A stretch of DNA of 23,853 nt from Armatimonadota bacterium. Lineage in GTDB: Bacteria > Sysuimicrobiota > Sysuimicrobiia > Sysuimicrobiales > Humicultoraceae. The translations under genes were made by a program, and so were the position numbers. Positions 1 to 7,496 of the stretch are shown piece by piece (the stretch's first letter is position 1; each line of letters begins with the position of its first letter). A model generated the notes under the pieces. The model had not been told where the DNA came from. It did no database searches and worked only from the letters and a program-made list of their open reading frames with translations. Location of the stretch: assembly GCA_052386995.1 (NCBI GenBank), contig JBQTJP010000006.1:1-23853 (forward strand), given 5' to 3'.

Positions 1-1131
1 AATCTTGAGCCGCTCGCCGATGACGTCGATGACCTTGCGCAGGTACTGCTGGCGGTCGGCCGTGAACGTCCCGTCCAGCAGGCCTTCGCGCTGCAGGATG
101 CCTGCGCAGAGCCTGACCACGCGGTCGGGATCGTGCTCCATGAGCCGCCGCATGTACACGCCATTCAGCCATGTCAGCTTTTCGAGGTCGAAGAGCGGCG
201 AGGCGCGGCCGATCTCCTCGATGCGAAAACCGGCGATCAACTCGTCGATTGTATAGACCTCGCGCTCGGCCTCCGGATGCCACGCCATCAGGGCGAAGAA
301 GTTGAGGATCGCTTCGGGCAGGAAGCCCCGTTCGCGGTACTCACGCACCGCGGTATCGCCGTGCCGCTTGCTGAGCTTCTTGCGGTCGGCACCCACGATC
401 ACCGGCAGGTGCGCAAACGCGGGGGGGTCCCACCCCAGCGCCCTGTACATGACGATCTGCCTGGGTGTGTTGGACAGATGCTCGCTCGCGCGAATCGCGT
501 GCGTCACATGCATCAGGTGATCATCGACGACGTTGGCAAAGTTGTAGAGGGCCGAGCCGTCTGACCGTACGATGATGTAGTCGTCTAGGTGCTCGGGCTC
601 GAAAACGACGCGGCCGCGGATGAGGTCATCCACGACGATCGACTCCGGCTGATCCGTAACGCGAAGGCGCAGCGACGGGCGGCGGCCGGCGGCCTCCAGC
701 GCCGCGCGCTCCTCCGGCGTGCGGTTCCGGCACCGGCCCGAATAGCGGTACGAACGCCGTTCCCCCTCTGCCTGCTTTCTTTCGGCGTCGAGCTCCTCGG
801 GCGTGCAGTAGCAGGGGTATGCCGCGCCGCGCTCGAGCAACTCACGCGCGTACCGTGTGTAGAGATCGGCGCGCTCGGTCTGACGGTAGGGCCCCACGGG
901 GCCGCCGACGTCCGGCCCTTCGTCCCACGTGATGCCCAACCAGCGGAAGTCCTCGAGGATTGCGGCCTCGAAGGCCTCCGTCGAGCGCGATCGATCGGTG
1001 TCCTCGATGCGAAGAATGAACACGCCACGGTAGTGGCGGGCGTGGAGCCAGCTGAAGAACGCCGTCCAGGCCCCGCCAATGTGCTGGTATCCTGTCGGGG
1101 ATGGGGCGATGCGCGTGCGGACGATTGCCAC
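1..1131 (-). CDS. gltX: Glutamate--tRNA ligase, 5' part (runs off the window edge)
   Basis: Missing from the ORF track; translated by hand from GTG at 1131: MAIVRTRIAPSPTGYQHIGG...FILRIEDTD...CYC...YNFANVVDDHLM...RKKLSKRHG. HIGH-type and KMSKS-type class I motifs are present. Confidence 0.97.
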   Translation of the reverse strand, partial: MAIVRTRIAPSPTGYQHIGGAWTAFFSWLHARHYRGVFILRIEDTDRSRSTEAFEAAILEDFRWLGITWDEGPDVGGPVGPYRQTERADLYTRYARELLERGAAYPCYCTPEELDAERKQAEGERRSYRYSGRCRNRTPEERAALEAAGRRPSLRLRVTDQPESIVVDDLIRGRVVFEPEHLDDYIIVRSDGSALYNFANVVDDHLMHVTHAIRASEHLSNTPRQIVMYRALGWDPPAFAHLPVIVGADRKKLSKRHGDTAVREYRERGFLPEAILNFFALMAWHPEAEREVYTIDELIAGFRIEEIGRASPLFDLEKLTWLNGVYMRRLMEHDPDRVVRLCAGILQREGLLDGTFTADRQQYLRKVIDVIGERLKI

Positions 1132-1139
1132 CGCCGTGC

Positions 1140-2093
1140 CTAGGTGAAGAGCAAACTCACCGACTGATTGAGGTGAATCCGCCGGATCGCCTCCGCGAGC
1201 AGCGGCGCCGCGGACAGCACCGTGACCTTGGAGATCGTCCGGTCGGCCGGGAGGGGGATCGTGTTGGTCACAATCACCTCACGAATCTCGGGCCGGCTCA
1301 GGCGCTCAAAAGCCGGACCGGCGAACACACCGTGTGTGGCGCACACATGAACTTCCGGCACGCACCCTTTGGCGACCAGCACGTCCACGGCCTGCGTGAC
1401 GGTCCCGGCGGTGTCGATGATGTCTTCGATGAGAATAGGCGTCCGCCCCTCCACCTCCCCGACGACCTGGATGGGCTCTTTGAGGTCAGGACCGGGACGG
1501 CGCGCGAAGATGACCGCGAGCGGCAGGTCGAGCCGGTCGGCGAGTTGCTTGCTGCGGCGCACCGCGCCGTCATCGGGCGCCACCACCACGCCCTTGGTCA
1601 GACCCTTGCGCGCCAGGTAGTCGGCGAACAACGGCAGGGCGCGAAGATGGTCCACGGGGATGTTGAAGAATCCCTCGATCTGCCCCGCGTGCAGATCCAG
1701 CGTCAGCACCCGGTGGGCGCCGGCGGTGGTGAGCAGATCCGCGACCAGCCGGCCCGTGATCGGCTCGCGCGGGGCTTCCTTCTTGTCCATCCGCGCGTAG
1801 CCGTAATATGGGATGACCGCCGTGATCCGTCCGGCCGACGCGCGGCGGAGCGCATCGATCATGATGAGCAGCTCCATCAGGTGCTCGTTGACAGGATGAC
1901 ACGTGGACTGCACGACGAAGGCGTCCTCGCCGCGGGCGTTTTCCTCGTAACGGCAGTAGATCTCCCCATCCGCGAACCGCTGGAGCGTCACACGCCCCGG
2001 CGTCATCCGGAGGTACTCGGCAATCTCGCGACCCAAATTGGGGACTGATGTACCGCAGAAGAGCTTCAGCTCACCGTAGGCGGTGGCGTCCAT
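1140..2093 (-). CDS. prs: Ribose-phosphate pyrophosphokinase family protein, possibly a catalytically impaired paralog
   Basis: Motifs FADGEI, NEHLMELLIMIDALRRASA, PYYGYAR, DLHAGQI, DIIDTAGT and ATHGVF are present. The catalytic loop reads IFARRP instead of IDKRRP. Confidence 0.95.
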   Translation of the reverse strand: MDATAYGELKLFCGTSVPNLGREIAEYLRMTPGRVTLQRFADGEIYCRYEENARGEDAFVVQSTCHPVNEHLMELLIMIDALRRASAGRITAVIPYYGYARMDKKEAPREPITGRLVADLLTTAGAHRVLTLDLHAGQIEGFFNIPVDHLRALPLFADYLARKGLTKGVVVAPDDGAVRRSKQLADRLDLPLAVIFARRPGPDLKEPIQVVGEVEGRTPILIEDIIDTAGTVTQAVDVLVAKGCVPEVHVCATHGVFAGPAFERLSRPEIREVIVTNTIPLPADRTISKVTVLSAAPLLAEAIRRIHLNQSVSLLFT

Positions 2094-2102
2094 TCACCCG
2101 GG

Positions 2103-2366
2103 TCAGCGCGCCTCGACGAGGAACTTGATCGCCGTGCGCTCCTCACCGTCGATCTCCACCTTTGTGAACGCGGGGATGGTAATGAGATCGATCCCATTGG
2201 GCGCCACAAACCCGCGGCTGATGGCGATCGCCTTCACCGCCTGATTCACCGCTCCCGCGCCGACTGCCTGAAGCTCGACCATCCCCTTCTCACGCAGCAC
2301 CGCGGCAACAGCTCCTGCCACGGCCTTCGGCTTAGACTCGGCACCTACCTTGAGCACCTCCGGCAT
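2103..2366 (-). CDS. spoVS: Stage V sporulation protein S (SpoVS/Alba-like)
   Basis: LKVGAESKPKAVAGAVA...QAVGAGAVNQAVKAIAISRGFVAPNG...PAF...ERTAIKF is the SpoVS signature. A GAGGAGG RBS lies upstream. Confidence 0.96.
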   Translation of the reverse strand: MPEVLKVGAESKPKAVAGAVAAVLREKGMVELQAVGAGAVNQAVKAIAISRGFVAPNGIDLITIPAFTKVEIDGEERTAIKFLVEAR

Positions 2367-2419
2367 GCTGAAGGATGCCTCCTCGAATGCTGCGACGGGT
2401 TCTGCAGGTAATCCTATCG

Positions 2420-2446
2420 TATTATGCCCGTTTCGGGGAACTCCTG
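2420..2446 (-). promoter_or_regulatory. Putative spoVS promoter (GCAGGAGTT-N11-GCATAAT)
   Basis: CATAAT -10-like hexamer with an upstream AGGA element in the csaB-spoVS intergenic region. Confidence 0.4.
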
Positions 2447-2448
2447 CC

Positions 2449-3543
2449 CTACCGTGAGAGGGGGACGGTCAACAGGTCGATGGCCACGCTAACGGCCTCG
2501 GCCGCCGCGCGGCGTGCTGCGGGCAGGGTGGCTCCCAAGCGGGCTCGCAGCTCCTCCCGGCGGTCCCATGCGGCCTCTAGAGCCTGGCGGACGGCGGCGC
2601 TCGGTGCCCCGACCGGCAGGACCGGCAGCAGCCCCTGCTGTGAAGCGAACGCGGAGACTTTCGGATCGTACGTCAGGCCCACCGCGGACACCCCCTGCGA
2701 GGCCGCAAACACGAGGGCATGCAGCCGGACCCCCACGAGCAGGTCCATGGCGCCAACGAGACCCAGCAAATCTTGGGGTGAGACGGCGTCGACCAGATGG
2801 CCCCCGGCCGCCGATACCACGGCCTCGCTGTCGGCACGATCCCGAACGCGGTCGAACGGGAAGACCGCGACCGCGGCCTGCCGCGCCGTGGCGAACCGGC
2901 GGATCTCCTCTCCCAGGCTTGACACGTTGAGCCCGGGCCAGGGCCGCACGGCGATTCCCACCCTCGCGGGGGCCGCATCAAGGCCGAACCGCGTCAGCAA
3001 CTCTCGCACACGCGCCTGCGGCGCCGGCGCCATCAGGAGCGCAAGGTCGGCGCACCGGTGCGCAGGCCGCTTGACCCCGAGCGCTGCGAGCGTCTGGATA
3101 GAGTCCGGGTCGCGGAGGCTGATCGCCTGGACGCGGTTGAACGCCCACCGCGTCAGCGCGCGGACCCACGGGCGGCGGATGGGCCCAATCCCCTGGCCGA
3201 TAACCGCAGTAGGGACGCGGCGTGCCGACGCGGCCGCGATTACGCCGAGGTAGTAGACTGCGCTGCGCGCGCTGGTGACGTCCTGCACCAGCGACCCGCC
3301 GCCGCTGATCAACAGCCGCGCGTACGGCAGCGCGCGCCAGACCGCCGCCGGATCCCGAGGCCAGGCCTCCACACCGTGGAGCGCGTTCGTGGCTGCGGGA
3401 TCTGCCGAAAGCACCGTCATCCGCACATCGGGCCGGCGCGCGCGCATTTCGGCCAGCAGGCCGGCCAGGACAGCCTCGTCGCCGAGATTGCCGAACCCGT
3501 AGTAGCCGCTAACTAGGACGCGGTCTGGCGCCGGCCGATCCAG
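2449..3543 (-). CDS. csaB: Polysaccharide pyruvyl transferase CsaB (start uncertain; nearest candidate is CTG at 3543)
   Basis: Motifs VLVSGYYGFGNLGDEAVL, LISGGGSLVQDVTS, QGIGP, SLRD, GVRLHALVFA and YDPKV. The track's extension to 4080 lies inside the upstream gene and looks non-coding. Confidence 0.93.
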   Translation of the reverse strand: MDRPAPDRVLVSGYYGFGNLGDEAVLAGLLAEMRARRPDVRMTVLSADPAATNALHGVEAWPRDPAAVWRALPYARLLISGGGSLVQDVTSARSAVYYLGVIAAASARRVPTAVIGQGIGPIRRPWVRALTRWAFNRVQAISLRDPDSIQTLAALGVKRPAHRCADLALLMAPAPQARVRELLTRFGLDAAPARVGIAVRPWPGLNVSSLGEEIRRFATARQAAVAVFPFDRVRDRADSEAVVSAAGGHLVDAVSPQDLLGLVGAMDLLVGVRLHALVFAASQGVSAVGLTYDPKVSAFASQQGLLPVLPVGAPSAAVRQALEAAWDRREELRARLGATLPAARRAAAEAVSVAIDLLTVPLSR

Positions 3544-5489
3544 AGCAGCACCAGCACGGCCGGCAACGCCACGATGACGCCGAGGAGCAGCGCGTTGCCG
3601 GTCCGCCAGACGGTATACAGCAGCGGGGTGTGCGCGTGCGCAAATGAGTTGATCGCCCCCGCGGTGCCGATGGTGCCGATGAGCGCGGCCGCGAGCGCGG
3701 TCCTGCGCCACCTCAGGGCCCACGCCATGCCGGCGACGACGAGCGCGGGGTATCCAATGAGGAACTCTTTCGTGCGGGGACGCGCGACGAGAATGTCTTC
3801 CAGCGTCGTGCGGAGCTGCTGTTCGACCCCGGCGAGCGGCAGGCTGATGTTGCCGGTGCGCGCCAGCAGCATGACCCCCGCCGCTGCGATGACGAGTACG
3901 GCGAGGGCCGTCCCGATCCGCAAGGGATGTCCGATCCAGACCGCCCCCTCGCGCCACGCGGCCCGCCATCCTCCCGGCGGACGCTGAAGAAAGACGAGCC
4001 ACACGCCCGCGACCGCAATCGGGATCACATGGGCCGCCTTGACGCCGAGAAAGGTGGAGATCGCCAGCATGAACGCCCACTGGCTCAGAAGCGCGGCCAC
4101 AAAGATCCCGGCGACGACCGCGAGGGCCAGCGCGCGCAGCAGTGTGGCGTATCCTTCGAACGCGGCCCTCATGGGCGCGGGACGGATGCTCTCGCGCGGC
4201 ATGGCCCAGACGGTCGCACCGGCCGCGCCCGCGACAGCCGTCCCCAGCGCGAGCAGCTGGCGCCAGAGGCCGTCGAACGGCGTGAAGCCCGCCGCCACCG
4301 TCACGGCCACCACCGTAAGCACTCCCTGCGCGGCCACAGCGGCGGGCGGCCGAAGGCCCAGTACCCGTGCGATGTCGAGAATCACCAGGACGCTAAGGGC
4401 GGCGGCGCCCAGCGCCACCAGCCAGGTGAGCGGCCGGGGTGGCGCCAGTGGCTCCAGCGTCCCGGCCCGGCCGAGCGAGTAGCCGGATCCCTGCAACCGC
4501 CGGCTGATGGTCTCTACCAGATCCACGTTGACGGTCAGCGCGGGCACGCCGGCCGGCGTGAAGAGCAGCGGCCGCACATAGAGCACCCGAAGGTTGCGCT
4601 CTTGAGCGGCGCGGACGAACCGGTCCACGACCTCGTCAGGCCGCAGCACCTGCAACTCCTCGGGCGTGATGCTGAACACGCGCACGACCTCGGGCCGCAT
4701 CAGCGCGGTCAGCCGGTCTTCGCCCTTCTGCTTGCGGCGCGCCGAGAAAACCTCGATGCGGCCGAAGAGCGCCCCGATGCGCTCGTACTCCGCCGCCGCC
4801 TGGTCGATCAGCCCCTCATATCCCTGGACCTCGGTGAGGGCGAAGATGATCGTCGGGAATGGAGCCACCGCCGCGTAACTTTCGGCGAGTGCATGCAGAC
4901 TGGCAGGGGTGAGCCCACGGAAGTTGCGCGGCCGCACGACGATCTCAAAGCCCGCGCGCATGAACTGCAGCGCATCGGCCTGGCGAAAGCCGAGGCCGAG
5001 CTCCTCCAGGTCTAGCGTCGTCCCCATCACCTCGATGGCGCCGCCCAGCGTGCGGACGCGGGACTCTCCCAGCAGCGTCCGCATGCGTCCCGCGACGAAC
5101 GCCAGCGCATCGGGAGGGCCGCTGATGTAGACGGCGGCCGACCGGAGGCGTCCCGCAGCGGCCAGCGAGCGAAACGGCTCGCCGACCTGGGCCACGCGGG
5201 CCATCGCCTGCAGCGTTCCTCCGCCGCCGTAGGTAATCGCACCGTCCTCGGCCAGTTGCTTCAGGGTGAGCTCGGGGAGGGCGATCGCCGTGGCACCCCG
5301 GATACGGAGCTCCCGCAACACCGGCGCGACGTCGCGGCCTTCGCGCCGGATCAGCGTCACCCAATCCTGCCCGTCGAGCACGATCTCGACCTTCCGGTAT
5401 TTGGACTCGACGCGCGAGCGCAGACCGAGCACGACGGCGGCCGCGATCGCGCCGAGAGCGACAGCGGCAATGAGCACGCGGCGTGTCAC
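3513..5489 (-). CDS. DUF5693-like integral membrane protein (csaB-associated)
   Basis: N-terminal TM segment, a large soluble domain (RAAQERNLRVLYVRP) and a multi-TM C-terminus with FLGVK, RTGN, RPRTKEFLIGYP and INSFAHAHTP. Lies directly upstream of csaB. Confidence 0.85.
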   Translation of the reverse strand: MTRRVLIAAVALGAIAAAVVLGLRSRVESKYRKVEIVLDGQDWVTLIRREGRDVAPVLRELRIRGATAIALPELTLKQLAEDGAITYGGGGTLQAMARVAQVGEPFRSLAAAGRLRSAAVYISGPPDALAFVAGRMRTLLGESRVRTLGGAIEVMGTTLDLEELGLGFRQADALQFMRAGFEIVVRPRNFRGLTPASLHALAESYAAVAPFPTIIFALTEVQGYEGLIDQAAAEYERIGALFGRIEVFSARRKQKGEDRLTALMRPEVVRVFSITPEELQVLRPDEVVDRFVRAAQERNLRVLYVRPLLFTPAGVPALTVNVDLVETISRRLQGSGYSLGRAGTLEPLAPPRPLTWLVALGAAALSVLVILDIARVLGLRPPAAVAAQGVLTVVAVTVAAGFTPFDGLWRQLLALGTAVAGAAGATVWAMPRESIRPAPMRAAFEGYATLLRALALAVVAGIFVAALLSQWAFMLAISTFLGVKAAHVIPIAVAGVWLVFLQRPPGGWRAAWREGAVWIGHPLRIGTALAVLVIAAAGVMLLARTGNISLPLAGVEQQLRTTLEDILVARPRTKEFLIGYPALVVAGMAWALRWRRTALAAALIGTIGTAGAINSFAHAHTPLLYTVWRTGNALLLGVIVALPAVLVLLWIGRRQTAS

Positions 5490-6169
5490 GGCGCCACCAC
5501 CCGCGCGGTGACGACGACGCGTCCCTCACTCGTCGATATCCGATCGATCTCGACCGGAAACGGCAGCGACTCCAGAGACCACGAGGGCTGGATCGTCCCA
5601 AACACCGTCCCCGCCACGGCCGGTGGAAGCTCAACACCGCCGACATCGAGAGAGGTCACACGAAATCGGAGATCGCGTCCGGATCCCTCGAACTGACCGC
5701 TGAGGCGCGCCGCCACTTCCACCGCCCCGACTCGCATCATCCCGCTCGCCTTCACGCCCGCCGCGTCAATGGCTACCTCGGGATTTTGCACGCCCCGCGT
5801 GCGGAGGAACCGCTTCAGGTCGTCCGCGGCGATCGTCACGGTGAGGTGCCCGGCTCGCGCCCGCACCACGAGTGCCCCGGACGTCGATTGCGTCAGGGTC
5901 ACGCCCTTCATCGAGGCTGTCAAGCCTTCGGCGGTGAGATCAGCGATCTTGATCCCACGGGCGTCGACGTCCAGCCGCCTGATTCGCCCCCGCGGATAGT
6001 CGAGCGCGGTCGTGCGGACCTGCACCGAGAGCGAGCCGGTCGGATCGATATGGGGACGCAGTGCCTCGGTCACCTGCCGCTCTGCGAGCCTCGACGGCAC
6101 CCATACGGCGAGCGCGCCGATGGCCACGGCCATCGCCAGCCCGATCAGAAGCCACGTGCTCCGGCGCAC
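5486..6169 (-). CDS. DUF2993/LmeA-like membrane-anchored protein
   Basis: GTG at 6169, 5 nt after the prfB stop. Basic N-terminus plus one TM helix (RRSTWLLIGLAMAVAIGALAVW), then a beta-rich domain (GRIRRLDVDARG...LESLPFPVEIDRISTSEGRVVVTA). Its stop overlaps the next start (GTGA). Confidence 0.72.
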   Translation of the reverse strand: MRRSTWLLIGLAMAVAIGALAVWVPSRLAERQVTEALRPHIDPTGSLSVQVRTTALDYPRGRIRRLDVDARGIKIADLTAEGLTASMKGVTLTQSTSGALVVRARAGHLTVTIAADDLKRFLRTRGVQNPEVAIDAAGVKASGMMRVGAVEVAARLSGQFEGSGRDLRFRVTSLDVGGVELPPAVAGTVFGTIQPSWSLESLPFPVEIDRISTSEGRVVVTARVVAP

Positions 6170-6174
6170 GCCCG

Positions 6175-7282
6175 CTACCGGCTGCCGGACGCCGCACGCA
6201 GCTCGGCGTCGATGAACCGATCCAGGTTGCCGTCGAGGACCCCGCCGGTGTCTCCCATCTCCACACCGGTGCGGTGGTCCTTCACGAGCTGATAGGGATG
6301 CAGGACATACGAGCGGATCTGATTGCCCCACGCCGCTTCGCGGTGCTCGCCGCGCAGTTCAGCCATCTGCTCCTTTTGACGCGCCTCCGCTACTTCGACC
6401 AGCCGCGCGCGGAGCACCCGCATCGCCGTCAGTCTGTTCGCGTGCTGCGAGCGCTCGTTCTGGCACTGGACGACGATCCCGGTCGGGATGTGCGTGATCC
6501 GCACGGCCGTTTCGACCTTGTTGACGTTCTGCCCGCCCGCACCGCCCGCCCGGTAGGTTTCCACGCGGATCTCATCGTCGCGGATCTCCACGCCGACATC
6601 CTCGACCTCAGGGATGACGTCGACCAGGGCAAAGGATGTGTGCCGGCGGTGCGCGGCATCGAACGGCGAGATCCGCACCAGCCGGTGCACCCCTCGCTCC
6701 TCCCGTAGAAACCCGTACGCATGCGGCCCGGCGATGATAGCCGTGACGCTCTTGATGCCGGCCTCTTCACCGGGCGACAGGTCAACGATCTCCGGGCGGA
6801 ATCCGCGTCGCTCTGCCCACCGCAGGTACATGCGGAGCAGCATCTCGGTCCAGTCCTGTGATTCGGTCCCGCCGGCACCGGCGTGGATCGCGAGAATGGC
6901 GTTCGACTGGTCGTGGGGTCCAGAGAGGATCGCCGCGGTCTCGAGCTCGGCCAGGGCCGTCGCCGTCCCGCGCGCCTCGGTGTCGAGCTCGCCGAGATCG
7001 ATGCCGTCGGGGGACTCGGCGGCAAGCTCCATCATGATCTCAAGATCGTCCAGGCGCCGCTCCACCGCGGCCACCCCATCAACAGTGGCGCGCAGCTGGC
7101 TCAACTCCTGACCGACTGCTCGGGCGCGGTCCGGATCGGCCCACAACGTGGGCTCCTGCATAGTCTCTTCGAGCGCGGTAATCCGGGCGTGCTTGCCCGG
7201 GAGGTCAAAGATGCCCCCGGAGATCCTGGAGTCGGCGGCGGCTCTCCTTGAGCTGGGCGTGCAGGTCTTCGAGCTGAATCAT
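6175..7282 (-). CDS. prfB: Peptide chain release factor 2, translated via a programmed +1 frameshift after codon 25
   Basis: ORF1 7282-7208 ([25 protein letters not shown]), then CTT TGA C. The +1 frame continues DLPGKHAR...LVRISPF (SPF anticodon-mimic) and [10 protein letters not shown] (GGQ). Confidence 0.98.
7204..7219 (-). promoter_or_regulatory. RF2 autoregulatory +1 frameshift site
   Basis: CGGGGG-CAT-CTT-TGA-C: an internal SD-like run, a 3 nt spacer and the canonical slippery CTTTGAC. Confidence 0.97.
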
Positions 7283-7288
7283 GACCGG

Positions 7289-7297
7289 ATTATAGCA
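7289..7297 (-). promoter_or_regulatory. Extended -10 promoter of prfB (probable leaderless transcript)
   Basis: TGCTATAAT followed by 6 nt (CCGGTC) and then the ATG. No SD before the ATG. Confidence 0.75.
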
Positions 7298-7301
7298 GAT
7301 G

Positions 7302-7433
7302 TTAGCGGACTTCCTGCCAGGAGATGGGATACACTTCATAGAGTTGTAGCGTTGTAAGAGAAAGACTCTTGGTGTCAGACAAGTAAGATTGTAGAATCTG
7401 TTCGAGCTCATCCATCCCGATTTTCCTAGTCAT
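7302..7433 (-). pseudogene. 43-aa ORF resembling the N-terminus of a XerC/XerD-type tyrosine recombinase (remnant or small protein)
   Basis: ATG 7433 to TAA 7302: MTRKIGMDELEQILQSYLSDTKSLSLTTLQLYEVYPISWQEVR. Preceded by AGGAGG and GGAG. Visibly AT-rich relative to its flanks. Confidence 0.45.
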
Positions 7434-7474
7434 ACTCTGTGTCTCCGAGTCCTCCTAATGCCCTCTTTCAGCGG

Positions 7475-7496
7475 GGGAGAAGCACGATTTTCTCTC
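7475..7496 (-). terminator. Hairpin just after the lnt stop (weak terminator candidate)
   Basis: GGAGA-N12-TCTCC inverted repeat with no U-tract. Confidence 0.25.

Noticed and set aside
585..1079. 164-aa minus-strand ORF in the track
   Set aside because: Off-frame overlap of gltX, which the track missed because it runs off the window edge.
3544..4080. N-terminal extension of the csaB ORF in the track
   Set aside because: An Arg/Gly/Ala-rich off-frame read of the DUF5693-like gene with no CsaB similarity.
7283..7411. Upstream extension of the 68-aa ORF 7205-7411
   Set aside because: Only the last 25 codons match RF2 ORF1 length and character. The rest crosses the promoter.
7320..7420. Possible structured ncRNA (short stems AAGAG/CTCTT, AGATT/AATCT, GATGG/CCATC)
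   Set aside because: The stems are only about 5 bp, match no RNA family I recognise, and the region is better explained by the 43-codon ORF. Not fully excluded.
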